A DNA stretch of 64,000 nucleotides from Macrostomum lignano (Eukaryota), in assembly GCA_002269645.1 (NCBI GenBank), contig NIVC01000010.1:1178001-1242000 (forward strand), given 5' to 3'. Both the position numbers and the translations under genes were made by a program. This document shows positions 24,435 through 37,678 of this stretch, piece by piece. Position 1 is the first letter of the stretch; each line of letters opens with the position of its first letter. The notes beneath the pieces are model-generated. The model saw only the letters and a program-made list of their open reading frames with translations. It had not been told where the DNA came from and did no database searches.

Positions 24435-27400
24435 TCTAAATATACTAAATCTCTAAGGTTTGTTTGTATGTTTGTCCATAACGCTCTAGAGATTGCAATT
24501 CTTCACCGATTTTCATCGCGTTTTCGCCAAAAGATTTAAAATTGTCTGGAAAGAAGACGGTTAAAATTTCGTTAATCTGCTTCAATGCTAAAGGGATTAA
24601 ATATTCGAAAAACTGTTTTAAATGGGCGAATTCAATGTATTTTTTATCAACCTGCACGCAGCGAGAGAATTTCACAGCCAATTTTAATGATTGCGCCAGA
24701 GCGAACTGATCAGAAAACTTATGGGCCCCACTGCCCAGATAATTACTCTATTTAAATTGCGCAACCATACCAGGGTCAAAAATAAAATTATTCTGAAGGC
24801 TAGCAGTGAGCTCTTTAAGCGTCAAAGATCTGTTTTTCGTAACGCTCTACAGACTGCAATTCTTGACCAATTATGATCGCGTTTTCGCCAAAAGTTTTAA
24901 AATTGTCTGGAAAGAAGACGGTTAAAATTTCGTTAATCTGCTTCAATGCTAAAGGGATTAAATAATCGAAAAACTGTTTTAAATGGGCGAATTCAATGTA
25001 TTTTTTATCAACCTGCACGCAGCGAGAGAATTTCACAGCCAATTTTAATGATTGCGCCAGAGCGAACTGATCAGAAAACTCATGGGCCCCACTGCCCAGA
25101 TAATTACTCTATTTAAATTGCGCAACCATACCAGGGTCAAAAATAAAATTATTCTGAAGGCTAGCAGTGAGCTCTTTAAGCGTTAAAGATCTGTTTTTCG
25201 TAACGCTCTACAGACTGCAATTCTTGACCAATTATGATCGCGTTTTCGCCAAAAGTTTTGTAATTATCTGGAAAGAGGACAGCTAAAATTTCTTTAATCT
25301 GCTTCAATGCTAAAGGTATTAAATATTCGAAAAACAAGTTTATCTAAATGCTTTTAATAGAAGGCCAAGCAGCGTTGAATTCTTGACTGGCTAAATTCCA
25401 ATTCTAAATGATTGCGCCACAACTGCGTACTGCATATTCTCGCTATAAACTGACTCTGAGCTTTTCAGCAGCTTTTCATGGGAGAATTTCTAAGATCTCA
25501 AGGCTCAGCGGTAATTGCTATAATGATGTGATTCTGGGGAGAATTGCTTTGATTTCAAAGCTTAAGTTCAATTGCTGCGATGTCGATCTTAATGAGGGAA
25601 TTTCTGAGATGTCAAGGCTTACTGGGAAATTATTGAGATTTCAAGGCTTACTGGGCCATGGGCCAGATCAAGGCCCATCAGAGAAATTCTGAGATGTCTT
25701 GTCAAGTCTCAGAGGGAAATTCCTATACTGATGTGATTCTGGGCAGAATTGCTTTCAAGGCTCATGGAAAAAATTTCTGGAATGCTGTGGCTCTTGAGGG
25801 AATTGCCGACATTGTTAGGGTAAGAGTAAGACGTAAACCATATAAATGAATAGGCCTGTCTAGCATTAAATACTCATTGGGGAATTCCTAAGTTGTAAAG
25901 GCTCGTGGGGGGATATCCGAATTATAATGTGGCTCAATGCTCAGGGGGATTGTTGTGATTGCAGTACCTGCTCATAATGCCGAAATTTTGTGGCTCAAAT
26001 AGGAGTTGCTGAGATATCAAGGCTCATTGGGGAATAGCTGAGATTTCAAAGCTTACGGGGGATCCCTGTAATGCTGTAGGCTGTGACTCTTGGGTATTGC
26101 TGAGATGCTAAGGTTCACGGGGGAATGACTGAGATTTCAAAGGCTCCTAAAGCGAATAGCTGAAATTCACGAAATGTCAAGGTTCATTGGGTATTTGTTG
26201 AAATGCTGTGGTTTACGGTGGGAATTGCTGAAATGCTGTGACTTGGCAGGGTTAGTTTTCAACCATAAGACTCATGTGAAAGTGCCAAGATATCAAAAGG
26301 TTAGTCGCTAAAGTTTCATGCTCATGGGAAAATTGCTAAGATTTCAAAAGCTCATTGGGGAATTGCTGAAATTCTTGGGCTGAGAGGGGGAGTTGCTGAA
26401 ATGCTGTGACTCGGCTGCAGGTTAAGGGTTAGGATTTGAGTTTAATTATAGAGCGATCGTCGTGTCAATCATAAAAATGATTTATCAAGGAATTTCAAAG
26501 ATTAAAGGGGCGAATTAGTTATATGCTTTGGCTCTTAGGGAATTGCTGACAGTTCAAGGCTTTCGGTGAAATTTAGATTTCAAAGCTTATGAGGAAGTTA
26601 CTTAAATGCTCAGGCTCAAGGCTCACGGGGGAGATTGCTAACATGCCAAGACTCACTTATGGGTTAGGGTTAGGGGCTTAGGGTCAGTTTTGGTTCAATC
26701 ATAGAATAACCACTCTGTTAACCATCAACTAAAGACTTGCTAAGATGGGAGTTGCTAAGATATCAAAGCTCATGAATGGAATCACTGAGTTGACAAGGCT
26801 TATGAAGAAATTGCAGAGATATCAAGGCTCATAAGGGGATTGCTGAATTCTTGGGGAGGGGAGTTGGGTTGTTGGGATGTCAAGGCTTACTCAGCTGAGA
26901 GAACTGCGTAGATTTCAAGGCTCGAGTTTAATTGCTGCGATGTCGATGCTTAATGGGGGAACTGCTGAGATGTCAAGTCTTACTGGGAATTGCTAAGATG
27001 TCAAGTCTTACTGGGAATTGCTAAAATGTGAAGGCTTTCTGGGGAATGCTGAGATTTCAAGGCTTACTGGGGAAATGCTTAGATTTCAAGGCTTACTGGG
27101 GGAATTCCTCAGATGTCAAGGCTTATTGGGGGAATTGCTGAGATGTTAAGGCTTACTGGGGGAATTGCAGCGATTTCAAGGCTTACTGCGGCAATTGCTA
27201 AGATGTGAATTCTTTCTGGGGGAATTGCTAAGATTTCAAGGCTTACTGGGAGAATCGCTGAGATGTCAATGCTTACTGGGGGAATTTCTGAGATCTCGAG
27301 GCTTCTCAGCAATTCTTAGCAAGTATTAGCAATTGTTAGCTAAGTATTCTTAGCAATTCTTAGCAATTCTTGTCAAGGCTTACTTGGGGAATTGCTGAGA

Positions 27401-27988
27401 TTTCAAGGCTTACTGGGGGGAATTGCTAAGATGACAAGGCTTACTGGGGGGAATTGCTAAGATGACAAGGCTCATGGACGATGGCTGAATTGTTAGGGGT
27501 GTTAGGTTGTTGGGCGATTGTCAGATAGTCAGGTAGTACGGCTGAAGTAGCTCATGTAGTTCAGATATTGAAATAGTACACACAAGTGATGCTGATTTCT
27601 GCTAATAGGAAATACCAGCGCATTTATTAAAGGTTTCATTCTTTGATTTAGGCTAATTAAAAGAGAGGGTCTAAGGCCGTCAATGATTTGCATATTTGCT
27701 GCGGATAAGAATATGCCCCGGCCAGCGACGATATGCACTAAGAGTTTGTGCTTGAAAGGATCAGCACTATTTGCTGATTGAGAAAGGGTTTTGGGCTGAT
27801 GAAGGAAACTTTTTTTGGCTGATGAAAGTTCTGATTCATGGCAATTTATTTTTGCCAAAATGAGAAAAGGTCATTTTTGATTAATGGAAATCAAAATTTT
27901 GGATAAATATAGTAAGGTTACTCTTGTGTCAAAATAAAAACCAATTGGTGTCATTTTAGGGCTCCCCAGCGGGGGGCTAAATGGCTAG
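24435..27988 (+). mobile_element. Helitron type C variant with ~375-bp internal tandem duplication and deleted middle
   Basis: Head duplicated (GCG/TTAAAGATCTGTTTTTCGTAACG at ~24820 and ~25180); jumps from head into the GAATTGCTGAG region at ~25470; CCCCAGCGGGGGG hairpin + GGCTAG|T end. Confidence 0.7.
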
Positions 27989-28569
27989 TCCTATATACTA
28001 AAAATGAGTTTTCTGTGGGTATGCGATAGATTTCAGAAAAATTGGCTCAACCGATTTTCTTCAAACTTGCACCATTCGATCAGAAATTTTCCTGGGACGG
28101 TACATGCATCTTGGCTAAGAAATTGCTCAATGTTAAAGGGATTAAATATTCGAAAAACATGCTTTTTTTGCAAAGGTCAAGCAGCTCTTTCGACCTGAAA
28201 TGCATTGTAAGAATGCTAGAGAAAAAACTGATTGACTGAATTCCGATTGTGATAAAGATTGCATCACAACAAGTTGAAAACAGTGTCGAAGAAATGCACA
28301 CACGATTTAAATTGCGTAACCATATTGCTAACTTAAATTGAGACTGATACTGGCTGACTGAGAAATTGATTATGTCATAACTTTTTACTCCAATTGACTT
28401 GCTGTAAGAATTGGATTATAAGGGCCACAATTCATGTTCTCCAATTGAAAAGAGATAGCCCTGATGCGAACAGACTGGAATGCTAATGTAGCGACCTGGG
28501 TTCGAATCTTAGTAGTGCAAAAAGATTTTTTTATTAAAACACCTTAAAAACACAACAAAACTGCTAAAC

Positions 28570-30260
28570 ATCAAAGAAGCGCAATGTCAAACATAGAAGA
28601 GCCAACATATCGAACATAAAAGAGTTACCATGTCAAACATAAAAGAGCCACCATGTCAAACATAAAAGAGCCAACATATCGAACATAAGAGCTACCATGT
28701 CGAACATTAAAGAGCCACCATGTCAAACATTTAAGAGCCACCATGTCAAACATAAAAGAGCCACCATTTCGAACATTAAAGAGCCACCATTTCGAACATT
28801 AAAGAGCCACCATGTCAAACATTTAGGAGCCACCATGTCAAACATATATGTGACTTTATGTCAAATATTAAAGAGCCACCATGTGAAACATTAAAGAGCC
28901 ACCATATCAAACATTTAGGAGCCACCATTTCAAACATTGAAGAGCCACCATATCAAACCTAAAAGAGCCACCATTTCAAACATTGAAGAGCCACCATTTC
29001 GAACATTGAAGAGCCACCATTTCGAACATTAAAGAGCCACCATGTCAAACAATTAAAAGCCAGCATGTCAAACATAAAAGAGCCACTTTGTCGAACACTA
29101 AAGAGCCACCATGTCAAACATAAAAGAGACAACATGTCAGACATTAAAAAGCCACCGTATCAAACATTAAAGAGCCACCATGTCGAAATTTAAAGAGCCA
29201 CCATGTAGAATATTAAAGAGCCACCATGTAGAATATTAAAGAGCCACCATGAAGAACATTAAAGAGCCACCATGTCAAACATTTAGAAGCCACCATATCA
29301 AAGATTTAAGAGCCACCATGTCAAACATTTAAGAGCCACCATGTCAAACATAAAAGAGCCACCATTTCAAACATTGAAGAGCCACCATTTCGAACATATA
29401 TGTGACTTTATGTCAAACATTAAAGAGCCACCATTTCGAACATTAAAGAGCCACCATGTCGAACATTAAAGAGCCACCATGTCAAACATTAAAGAGCCAC
29501 CATGTAAAACATTAAAGAGCCACCATGTTTAACAGTAAAGAGCCACCATGTCGTACATTAAAGAGCCACCATATCGAACATTAAAGAGCCACAATGTCAA
29601 ACATTAAAGAGCCGCCATGTCAAAACATAAAAGTGCCATCATGTCAAACCTAAAAGAGCCACCATGTTTAACATAAAAGAGCCACCATATCGAACATTAA
29701 AGAGCCACCATGTCGAACATTAAAGAGCCACCATGTCAAACATTAAAGAGCCACCATGTAAAACATTAAAGAGCCACCATGTTTAACAGTAAAGAGCCAC
29801 CATGTCGTACATTAAAGAGCCACCATATCGAACATTAAAGAGCCACCATGTCAAACATTATAGAGCCATTATGTCAAACCTAAAAGAGCCACCATGTCTA
29901 ACAGTAAAGAGCCACCATGTCGAACATTAAAGGGCCACCATGTAGAACATTAAAGAGCCACCATGTCGAACATTAAAGAGCCACTATGCCGAACATTAAA
30001 GAGCCACCATGTCGAACATTAAAGAGCCACCATGTCAAAAATAGAAGAGCCACCATGTCAAACATAGAAGAGCCACCATGTCTAACATTAAAGAGCCACT
30101 ATGTCGAACATTAAAGAGCCACCATGTCGAACATTAAAGAGCCACCATGTCAAAAATAGAAGAGCCACCATGTCAAACATAGAAGAGCCACCATGTCTAA
30201 CAGTAAAAAGCCAGCATGTCGAACATTAAAGAGCCACCAAGTCAAACATAGGAGACGCAA
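28570..30260 (+). repeat. ~22-bp minisatellite (AAAGAGCCACCATGTCAAACATT)n, ~1.7 kb
   Basis: Visible tandem array with diverged units. Confidence 0.95.
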
Positions 30261-30344
30261 TTTCAAACGTAAAAAGAAGCGTCATGCCAATCACAAAGGA
30301 GCCATTATAAAGCTAAGGAAATTGTTGCACTTGCTACTTATTGT

Positions 30345-30560
30345 CCAGTGGATGCTTGCTATTTAGTATAGGATCAATACTTGCTATCAATTGGTTGCTT
30401 GCTATCTGGGGTGCTTGCTATCTGGGGGTGCTTGCTATCTGGGGTGCTCGCTATCTGGGGGTGCTTGCTATCTGGGGGTGCTTGCTATCTGGGGGTGCTT
30501 GCTATCTGGTGGTGCTTGCTATCTGGTGGTGCTTGCTATCTGGGGGGATGCTTGCTGTCT
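30345..30560 (+). repeat. 17-18-bp minisatellite (GCTTGCTATCTGGGGGT)n
   Basis: Visible tandem array; related to 43510-44310. Confidence 0.9.
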
Positions 30561-30906
30561 TAGGATGTTTTCTTTTTGCATTGCACTTCATCTGAGCAGT
30601 TTTTCTATTGACTATGTGAAGGCTTTGTTTGGCCATCTTATTGATACTTGTAGAGAACAGAGATTCTATCTAGATGTCCCCCATCGGGGGGCGAAGATTG
30701 CTAGTAACAGCCTAAAGTGTACATGTGTATGCTGCCCGTCCATGGCCAGACTAGAATGTAGCCAGCTCCCTTTTCTTAAATTCCAATACCTGATGCCCCT
30801 ACTGATACCTATAAGCCCAAGCCACCGGCACTGACCAGCTCATGCCCATAAGCTAATTTTTGTTAATTTATCAATTCTGTCTGCTAATTAGCTGCTCTGC
30901 AGAATA

Positions 30907-31358
30907 TACTCAGCAACAGCTAACCCCCCCCCCAACTCACGCTGTCACATGGCCCAAAAGTTTTGTATGCCATCGGTGACTCAGAAATGTGTGAAGGCTG
31001 CCGCCGCCAGACGCGAGCGCAAAGTGCGGCATGGGGGATTTGGGGAGGGGGTGGTGCAACTCAAAGTCTCCAGACATGAACCCCATCGAGCATGTCTGGG
31101 ACTTTGTAAAGCGAAGAGTTCAGCAGGATGCCCCACAGAATGCTGAACAGTTGCGACTGGCGGTGCTGAATGCCTGGCAGCAGCTGCCCCAAGAGTTCAT
31201 CAACCGGCTGGTGATCAGGATGCCACGACGAGTCACGGCACTTTTGCATGCTCGTGGTTCCTACACACGATACTGAGACTAGAATTAAAGACATTGCTTA
31301 ACTTTAGTGCCCGTGTGACAGCGTGAGTTGGGGGGGGGGGTTTAGCTGTTGCTGAGTA
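30907..31358 (+). mobile_element. Tc1/mariner deletion derivative retaining the transposase C-terminus
   Basis: ~42-bp TIRs (TACTCAGCAACAGCTAA..AACTCACGCTGTCAC), TA target duplication; SPDMNPIEHVWD..LLHARGSYTRY* matches the Tc1 SPDLNPIE motif and C-terminus. Confidence 0.9.
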
Positions 31359-32135
31359 TATAGCTCGTACCGTATATTCTGTGGCTAAGCTCTGCTAATA
31401 AGCTGGAAATAAGCTCTGCTAATTTCACTACAGTACGCTGATACTTGTGGACGTCTCACTAAATTGTAAATAAAGCCAGTTTTTTGTCACCAATCTTTGG
31501 TAAAGCGCGAGCATCGAGGGAACGCTCACTTGGATTAAATTGTTCCTTCGACTTTCTAGAGCCCTCATTGGTCTCTGGCTTCGTTCTTTCTTCGGTTTTG
31601 ATGAATTGCTCGAATCTCCCAGCCGTGTCTCAGAGAGCTTACAGTAGAGATCGCGCTTTAAGTAAAGTCCTTCCGTGCCTTTAGCACAAATGATCGTAAA
31701 GAAACTCCACGTGTTTTCGATTGTTCGACGGCCGACGCGCTTGTGTCTATTTTATAGATGCCATGAGACGGAGACGCTATCGGCAGCCGCTGGAGGGGGT
31801 GGATTCTCTCTTGGTTAGCAACGGCCTCAGCTGGCACTGCAGGTAAACAGACGCAAGCAATTATAGATTTTTACATTGAACTAGCAGGTTGCTACAGGCG
31901 AGATAAATTACTTGATATTATAGTTACTTATAGCGAGGTTGAGTCGTCAGAGCGATTAGGGGAGCTCAATCAGGAGACGTCTCTTTTTCTTTTGCGCACA
32001 TCAGACCCCCACTGATCCATGCAGCCTTCGGTTTTCAGCGCGATCGGGTGAGCCGTATGCTTCTCGTTCTTCAGTCGGCCAAATTCCACACTGGCGTCAG
32101 CACTGATCTCGCCTGTCAACCGTTAATTGCTTGTC

Positions 32136-32780
32136 TGTTGTTGTTGTTGTTGTTATGTCCGGCCGGTCAGTCCGGGGGGCGGGTCTGAGCCCCGACCTCC
32201 TTCAAGAAGTCTATCACCTGCCTGCTGATGTTGCTGAGCGTCTGGAGGCTCGGGTTTTCGCCGAGGTGCCGGTCTCTGGCCTGTTGGTGAGAGCGGCAAA
32301 CCTTGATCAGGTGCTCCAGGTCCTCATTGGCTTCGCCGCAGTGTGGGCACGTAGGGCTGTTGGCTTGGCCAATGCGGTGACGGTACTGCTGGAGCAAGGG
32401 GGAGTGACCAGTTCGGAGTTGGGCGAGGGAGATCGTCATGTCTAGGGAGAGATCTCTTGATTTTGGCGCCGTCCCCGGTGGTTAGGCGGTGAGTGATGCA
32501 GTGCGGGTCCGCTCGGTAGACGGCGGTGAATTGGGACTTGGCTGATCGGTCGATCGCCGCTTTTGGCCGCGGCCAAGCTGATTTTTGCGTGAGTCTGGTC
32601 AAGAGCCGATCCAGCTTTGGCGGTGGCGTCCGCCAGGTCGTTGAGGCCGACTGAGCCCGGTTAGCGATCAGTCGGTAGAGCATGAGACTCTTAATTGCTT
32701 GTCTCGCCCGCCATGTCGGGGGTATCTCGTCGTCTTGATTTGCCTGACAATGCAACGGCGCGACTGCTGGCTCTGCTGCC
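32136..32780 (-). mobile_element. 3' fragment of a non-LTR retrotransposon (I/Nimb/Ingi-like C-terminal zinc knuckle)
   Basis: LAQLRTGH..CPHCGEANEDLEHLIKVC followed by an (AAC)n tail; frameshift with the upstream frame. Confidence 0.75.
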
Positions 32781-34578
32781 TGACTGCAGAAAAGCTCTGC
32801 CTTGGCTGACATTGATGTCAACTCGCTTGGCCTGCAGTGCAGGTATCTGGAATGAAGGGTGATTTTTAAATTCTTATGAATCACACAATCGTGTCCCCCT
32901 ACGGACTCTAGCCATAGTCGTTCCATTTATGAGCCTTAGATAGATCTTTTCACTCCCTTTACACGTAAATTGTTCTTGCAACTAGCCTAGGTTATCCAGC
33001 TTTGGTGGTTATTTTACAGGTACTTTGTCTAATTTATGTGGCGTTTCTTGTGGATTTCTCAGCCCTACAGACTTTTGTGACCCTCGAATTATAGCATTCC
33101 AATCTCAGAGGTCAATACGAGTATTGCGGACTATACTCGTATTCGCGTCAACTCAGTCACGGAAGTATCGCAGCGGGGATGATGGTATAGCGACAGTATT
33201 AAGTATTTAACCCCCTAGCAAGCTTTACTAATTAAGTGGTTTTTAGAATGATTGGATATTGAAGGCAAAAGTAGGCAATACGCGTATATAGCGATGAAAT
33301 ATACTAGTTATCGCAAGACCTTTAGACAAAGACGGTAACGGAGATGTAACAAAGACAGCTTAAATGAGCACGCTTAGTTCGCCCAGAGGCTGCATGAGTA
33401 TCTATACAAATTTCGTTAAATTTTTCACCTTGGCTAACCTAAATCCTGTCTGCCCAGCATTCTAAAGACGGTATCAACTCATACAACTCAGCCACGAACA
33501 CAGCTACCCTCCCCCTGAGCTTGACGAACTCAGCAGCGGAGCAGCCGAAGACTCCTCGTTGCACCCCAGTTTGTTCAAATCTACCCAGACTCTCGGAAAT
33601 TCCGGCACCGATTTAAACTCACATCAACATGGAACTCATCATCATGGCAATATAATATACAACTAGTATAGTACGCCTGGTAGCATTTGAGGTTGAGGTA
33701 GGTAGGCAAAGACAGGTACGTTGTGCTTGATCACCACTAGCTAGCTAACAGCACTCGACTCACCCTTCGGCACCCAGCCAGAGCCAAGACCAAAATAAGC
33801 CCCCGTCTTAAAAAAGTAATTCATCTAACTTTGGTAATTGGTAATCTAAATGTTGGCCTACTACCGGTGCGGGGTGCCTACCTGTCTTTGCGGGGGGGAC
33901 TTTGCCTACCTACCTCAACTCAACCTCAATTGCATCGCTCAATGCTACCAGTGGAACCAGCTGTACTGTACTAGTTGTATATATAGCATAGCTAAATTAT
34001 TTATTACTACGTTAGGCCTAATTCAAACTTTAGTTATTTTTAACATCTTTCGATCCAATGCTTGTGTTCAGTATTTGCAGTGTTGTGTGTGAAATGAAAT
34101 GTCATTATCGCCTTATCGGGTTTTTTTATCCAATTTCAATTATATTTAGGCCTAGCCATAATTTTTAGGGCCTAGTCTAAGTTTTAACTTAAAAATAAAA
34201 TAGACCACTCATAAATTAATGAATTAAGTTATTGTAGCCCAGCTCACAGCGAAATAAGTCCTAGTCCATGACATTATATAGGCTAGCTTTTCCAAAAAGC
34301 TGCTTAGGATATATTCTAAAAATAGGCTATAGTTTTTGTCTGTCTTTCAATCTAAAAATAGATAGAGTTTAGCATAGCCTAGGTTAAAAATAGGTCTATG
34401 AACTATGGTGTAGTCTAAACCTAGTAAACCTAATTGAATGATTATTATATTGTCATTGTACTTTTACTTGTATTGGAAGGGTCTTACTTAAGCAGGCTAG
34501 GCCTGTAGGCTGTGACTGATAGGCTATGTTAGGGCCTAGGTAAAGCCTATAGGCCCTAGGCCTAGAGCAAGACAGGAG

Positions 34579-34985
34579 CAGGGGGTCAGCAAACTTAGGC
34601 CCATAGGCTACATGTAGCCTGCAAATTCTTTCTAGGGCCTATTCAGCCCTTGGGTCTTTAAAACTTTACAATAGCAATCTGGTAGATTTTGGTCTAGTTA
34701 AGGTTTGTATCTTATTTAGTTATTATTTTCTCTTGTCTTTTTTTTCTTTCCTCTCCTCTCTTCTTTTCTTTCCTTTTATTTCAGTTTCTTTCTCCTTTTT
34801 CCTTTCCTTTCTCCTCACGTTTCCTTCTTCTCTTCTTTTTCTTTCTTTTTTCCTTTTATTTCTTTTCTTCTTTTTTATTCCATTTCTTTTTTTCTTCTTT
34901 ATTCCCTTTTTTCTTCCCCTCTAGCTTGTAGTCATGTGCTAGGTTCTTTATTTGACCCTTTAGGTAAAAAGTTTGCCAACCCCTA
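34579..34985. mobile_element. Decayed hAT/Charlie-type MITE with pyrimidine-rich interior
   Basis: Ends CAGGGGGTCAGCAAACTT / AAGTTTGCCAACCCCT resemble the common CAGGGGTCGGCAAAC hAT terminus with CpG>CpA changes; TSD not evident. Confidence 0.55.
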
Positions 34986-35340
34986 CCTTAGTGGCTTAGA
35001 AGCTATAATTTACTATTTGAAATTTCCAAAAATTAGAAATTAGGCCTAGGATTAGCCTCAGTTACTAGGGATAGAGATTTTGCTAACTCTAAAGTCTAAT
35101 TCTAGCTAGATATCAAAAGAATAAAAAATTTAAATTTTAGGACTGAACCCAGTATAATTAGTACAAGGATAAATTTAAAGGAGGCTAGGTTTTAACACTT
35201 GCTATAGACTCTTCATTTGGTTCATTATTAGGCCTAGGCATTTTATCCAATCTAAGCTTAAAAAGCAAATTTTTACTTGAGACAAAGTGCAAAATTGCAC
35301 CTTGTGCCCAATTTTAAAGTGCAATTTTAAGATTCAAAGT

Positions 35341-35643
35341 CAGTGGCATAGCCAGGAATTTCAATTGGGGGGGAGGAGGGGGGGTTGGCTTGGCTGGCCA
35401 TGCCTTATGCCATTGCCATTTTTGGCACTGCAAGCTCTCATTTTTGGTGCTACAGGCACTCATTTTGGCACTGTAAGCACTTTTTGGCACTGTAGGCACC
35501 CATTTTAGTGTCACAGGCACTCTGTATAGCACCATAAGCACTCATTTTGGTGCCGCAGGCACTCATTTTGGCACTGTAAGCACTCATTTTGGTGCCACAA
35601 GCATTCATTTTGGCATTGCATTGCCCCCCTGGCTATGCCACTG
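35341..35643. mobile_element. hAT-type MITE with internal ~21-bp repeats
   Basis: TIRs CAGTGGCATAGCCAGG / CCTGGCTATGCCACTG; 8-bp TSD TTCAAAGT/CTCAAAGT; internal GGCACTCATTTTGGCACTGTAA repeats. Confidence 0.8.
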
Positions 35644-37678
35644 CTCAAAGTATTTTTTTTCTTTTCTCTTAAAAATTTTCCCTTTTTCTTATTTTAAGAT
35701 TGCAAATGAGCTTAAAAATATAAAAAAGTTTATAAGACTATATATAGACTGCATTTTCTTTTCAATTTTAAAGTGCAATTCAAAAATTTAGGGTGCATAT
35801 GCATACTGCATACAAAAAACATAGGAGAGGGGCAAGGAGGTGGCTGCCTCCCCTAGCCCCCTCTATAGCTAGCAATGATAACACCCATTTTTTAGGCTAA
35901 AAGGGTCATTATAGCCCTTGGTTAATTTAGTACAGTGCCCATAGGCCTGCCCCTACCTATTCTTATAGTTAATATTTACCTATTTATTGTATATTTATAA
36001 ATCTAATTTTGATAATTGGGTTAGGCCCTATTAATTTTTCTTTAAAATCCCATAGTTTTATGATTATAGAATTAAGATAGGCCCAAGGGTCACAATTCTA
36101 GAATCTAAAAATGCTAAAATCCTAGACCTAGGATTCAATTTTTTAGGATAAGCCTAATTTTGGCATCAGGCCTATCTTTAAAATCTTGTCCTTGGAAAAT
36201 CCAAGATTTACTACTAGATTTTAGAAAATTTTAAGTGTATTAAAATCTTAGGATTGTTAAATACCAAGATTTTGGCATCTAGATCAATAGTTAAAATCAT
36301 AGTATACATCCCTCAAAATACATTCTACAACCAAAAAACTTTGTCTTGATGCATTGATTCCCTAAAACTCAAACTCAGAATCCTTGATGCCCTTAAATAA
36401 TCTTAATTTCTATCTCAAGGTCAAATTTAGTGTTTTAGTCATTTTTATCTAGATCCACATTTGTAGTGTTAGCCAACAAACAAATGGGAAATATGTCTTG
36501 GCTCTAGCATATTAGTAAAAAATTTGCTATTCAATATACTACCTTGCCCTTGCCTTGCCCCAATCTTACTTGATCTTTTGCAATTTTTTCAATGTACTTT
36601 AGGATTTGAATTGGAATCCTATCTAACCTCTAATTTACTAGACTATATAGTTTTGTTTTAAGAAATGCTTTAAAAAAGTTTTCATTAGTCTAGTTGCAAC
36701 TCTGCTTTTGTTTTTTCTCTTTCTCTTTTCTTTTTTTTCTTGGTAACTTTTTTATTTTTTGTTTATAGGGAAATCAAATAATATTGCAACTTATCTAGGC
36801 TAATAGTATCCTTATCTAGCTAGATTGGACAGGTTGCCTAGGTATTATATATATAATAATATCAAGAACTAATACTATAAAAAGCCTATATCTAATCATC
36901 CAACTTTTTAAAGTTATAGTCATTGCCTATTATTTAATATTTAAGCCTAAAATTATATCATTATTCTTAAAGCATTCTATTAATAGGTAAAACCAATCAA
37001 ATAGTAAAAGCTCAACATAATATAGACTATTGTTGAAATTAAAATTTATATTAAAACTTGACTTACAAAAATGACTTTTTCCTAGAATTTTTCGTTATAC
37101 TGGAATAGAAAGAACAATAGAAGCGCATAAAATTTGAGAATAGGCTAACTTTTTATATTGCACCTTTTCAAAAAAATAATCTATTTGCTAGCCTTTTGTG
37201 TCATATAGATATTTAACAATTCTAAGGTTAGCTTTTTCTTATAAATATTAGTGTTTTAAATATAGCCCCCTTTAACTTTCATCAGCATCCTAACCACATT
37301 TGTCTGTATTAGCTCTGACTTTGTTGGTCTTTCATTGGCCTTCACCCAAGTAGAGCTTCTAGATGTTTAGTTAAAGGTGAATGATAGTGTTTATAGACAC
37401 CCTGTTACAAATATATACTCAGAAACATTGAAAGGTCGCCACCCTGCACCTAGCCAACCATTTTGTTATTAAAAATGCTTTAAAAAACAATGAAAACCAG
37501 GCAGAAGCTTCAATCCATCCAGTTTTCGCCCTCTGCTCTTCCCAATCCCTCCTCACCCAGCTCAACTCTGTGTCATGTGGTGCAAGTTGCGTCACTCAAA
37601 AGTCAATAATGAGCTGGAATTTACTGCACACTCTCAATTGGTGAAGCAGATCTAAACCTCTAGTTAAAATTGCAGCAA

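Larger units (their letters stand above)
27989..30704 (+). mobile_element. Non-autonomous Helitron type D copy 1
   Basis: TCCTATATACTAAAAATG start, shared AAGGGATTAAATATTCGAAAAA motif, tRNA-like segment ~28453-28515, 3' CCCCCATCGGGGG hairpin + GATTGCTAG|T. Confidence 0.7.

Noticed and set aside
11927-25042. Recurrent minus-strand ORFs 'FLISWLWRNQLKL..' in type A units
   Set aside because: Short, variable in start and end between copies, AT-rich with no Rep/helicase motifs; non-coding Helitron body.
14487-30260. Regular short repeats that might suggest CRISPR arrays
   Set aside because: Units are contiguous with no unique spacers, there are no cas genes, and the context is eukaryotic; these are minisatellites.
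33455-33665. ~65-codon open stretch (SHEHSYPPPELDEL..) next to the CpG-poor block, possible host exon
   Set aside because: No start codon, clear splice sites or homology; too weak to call.
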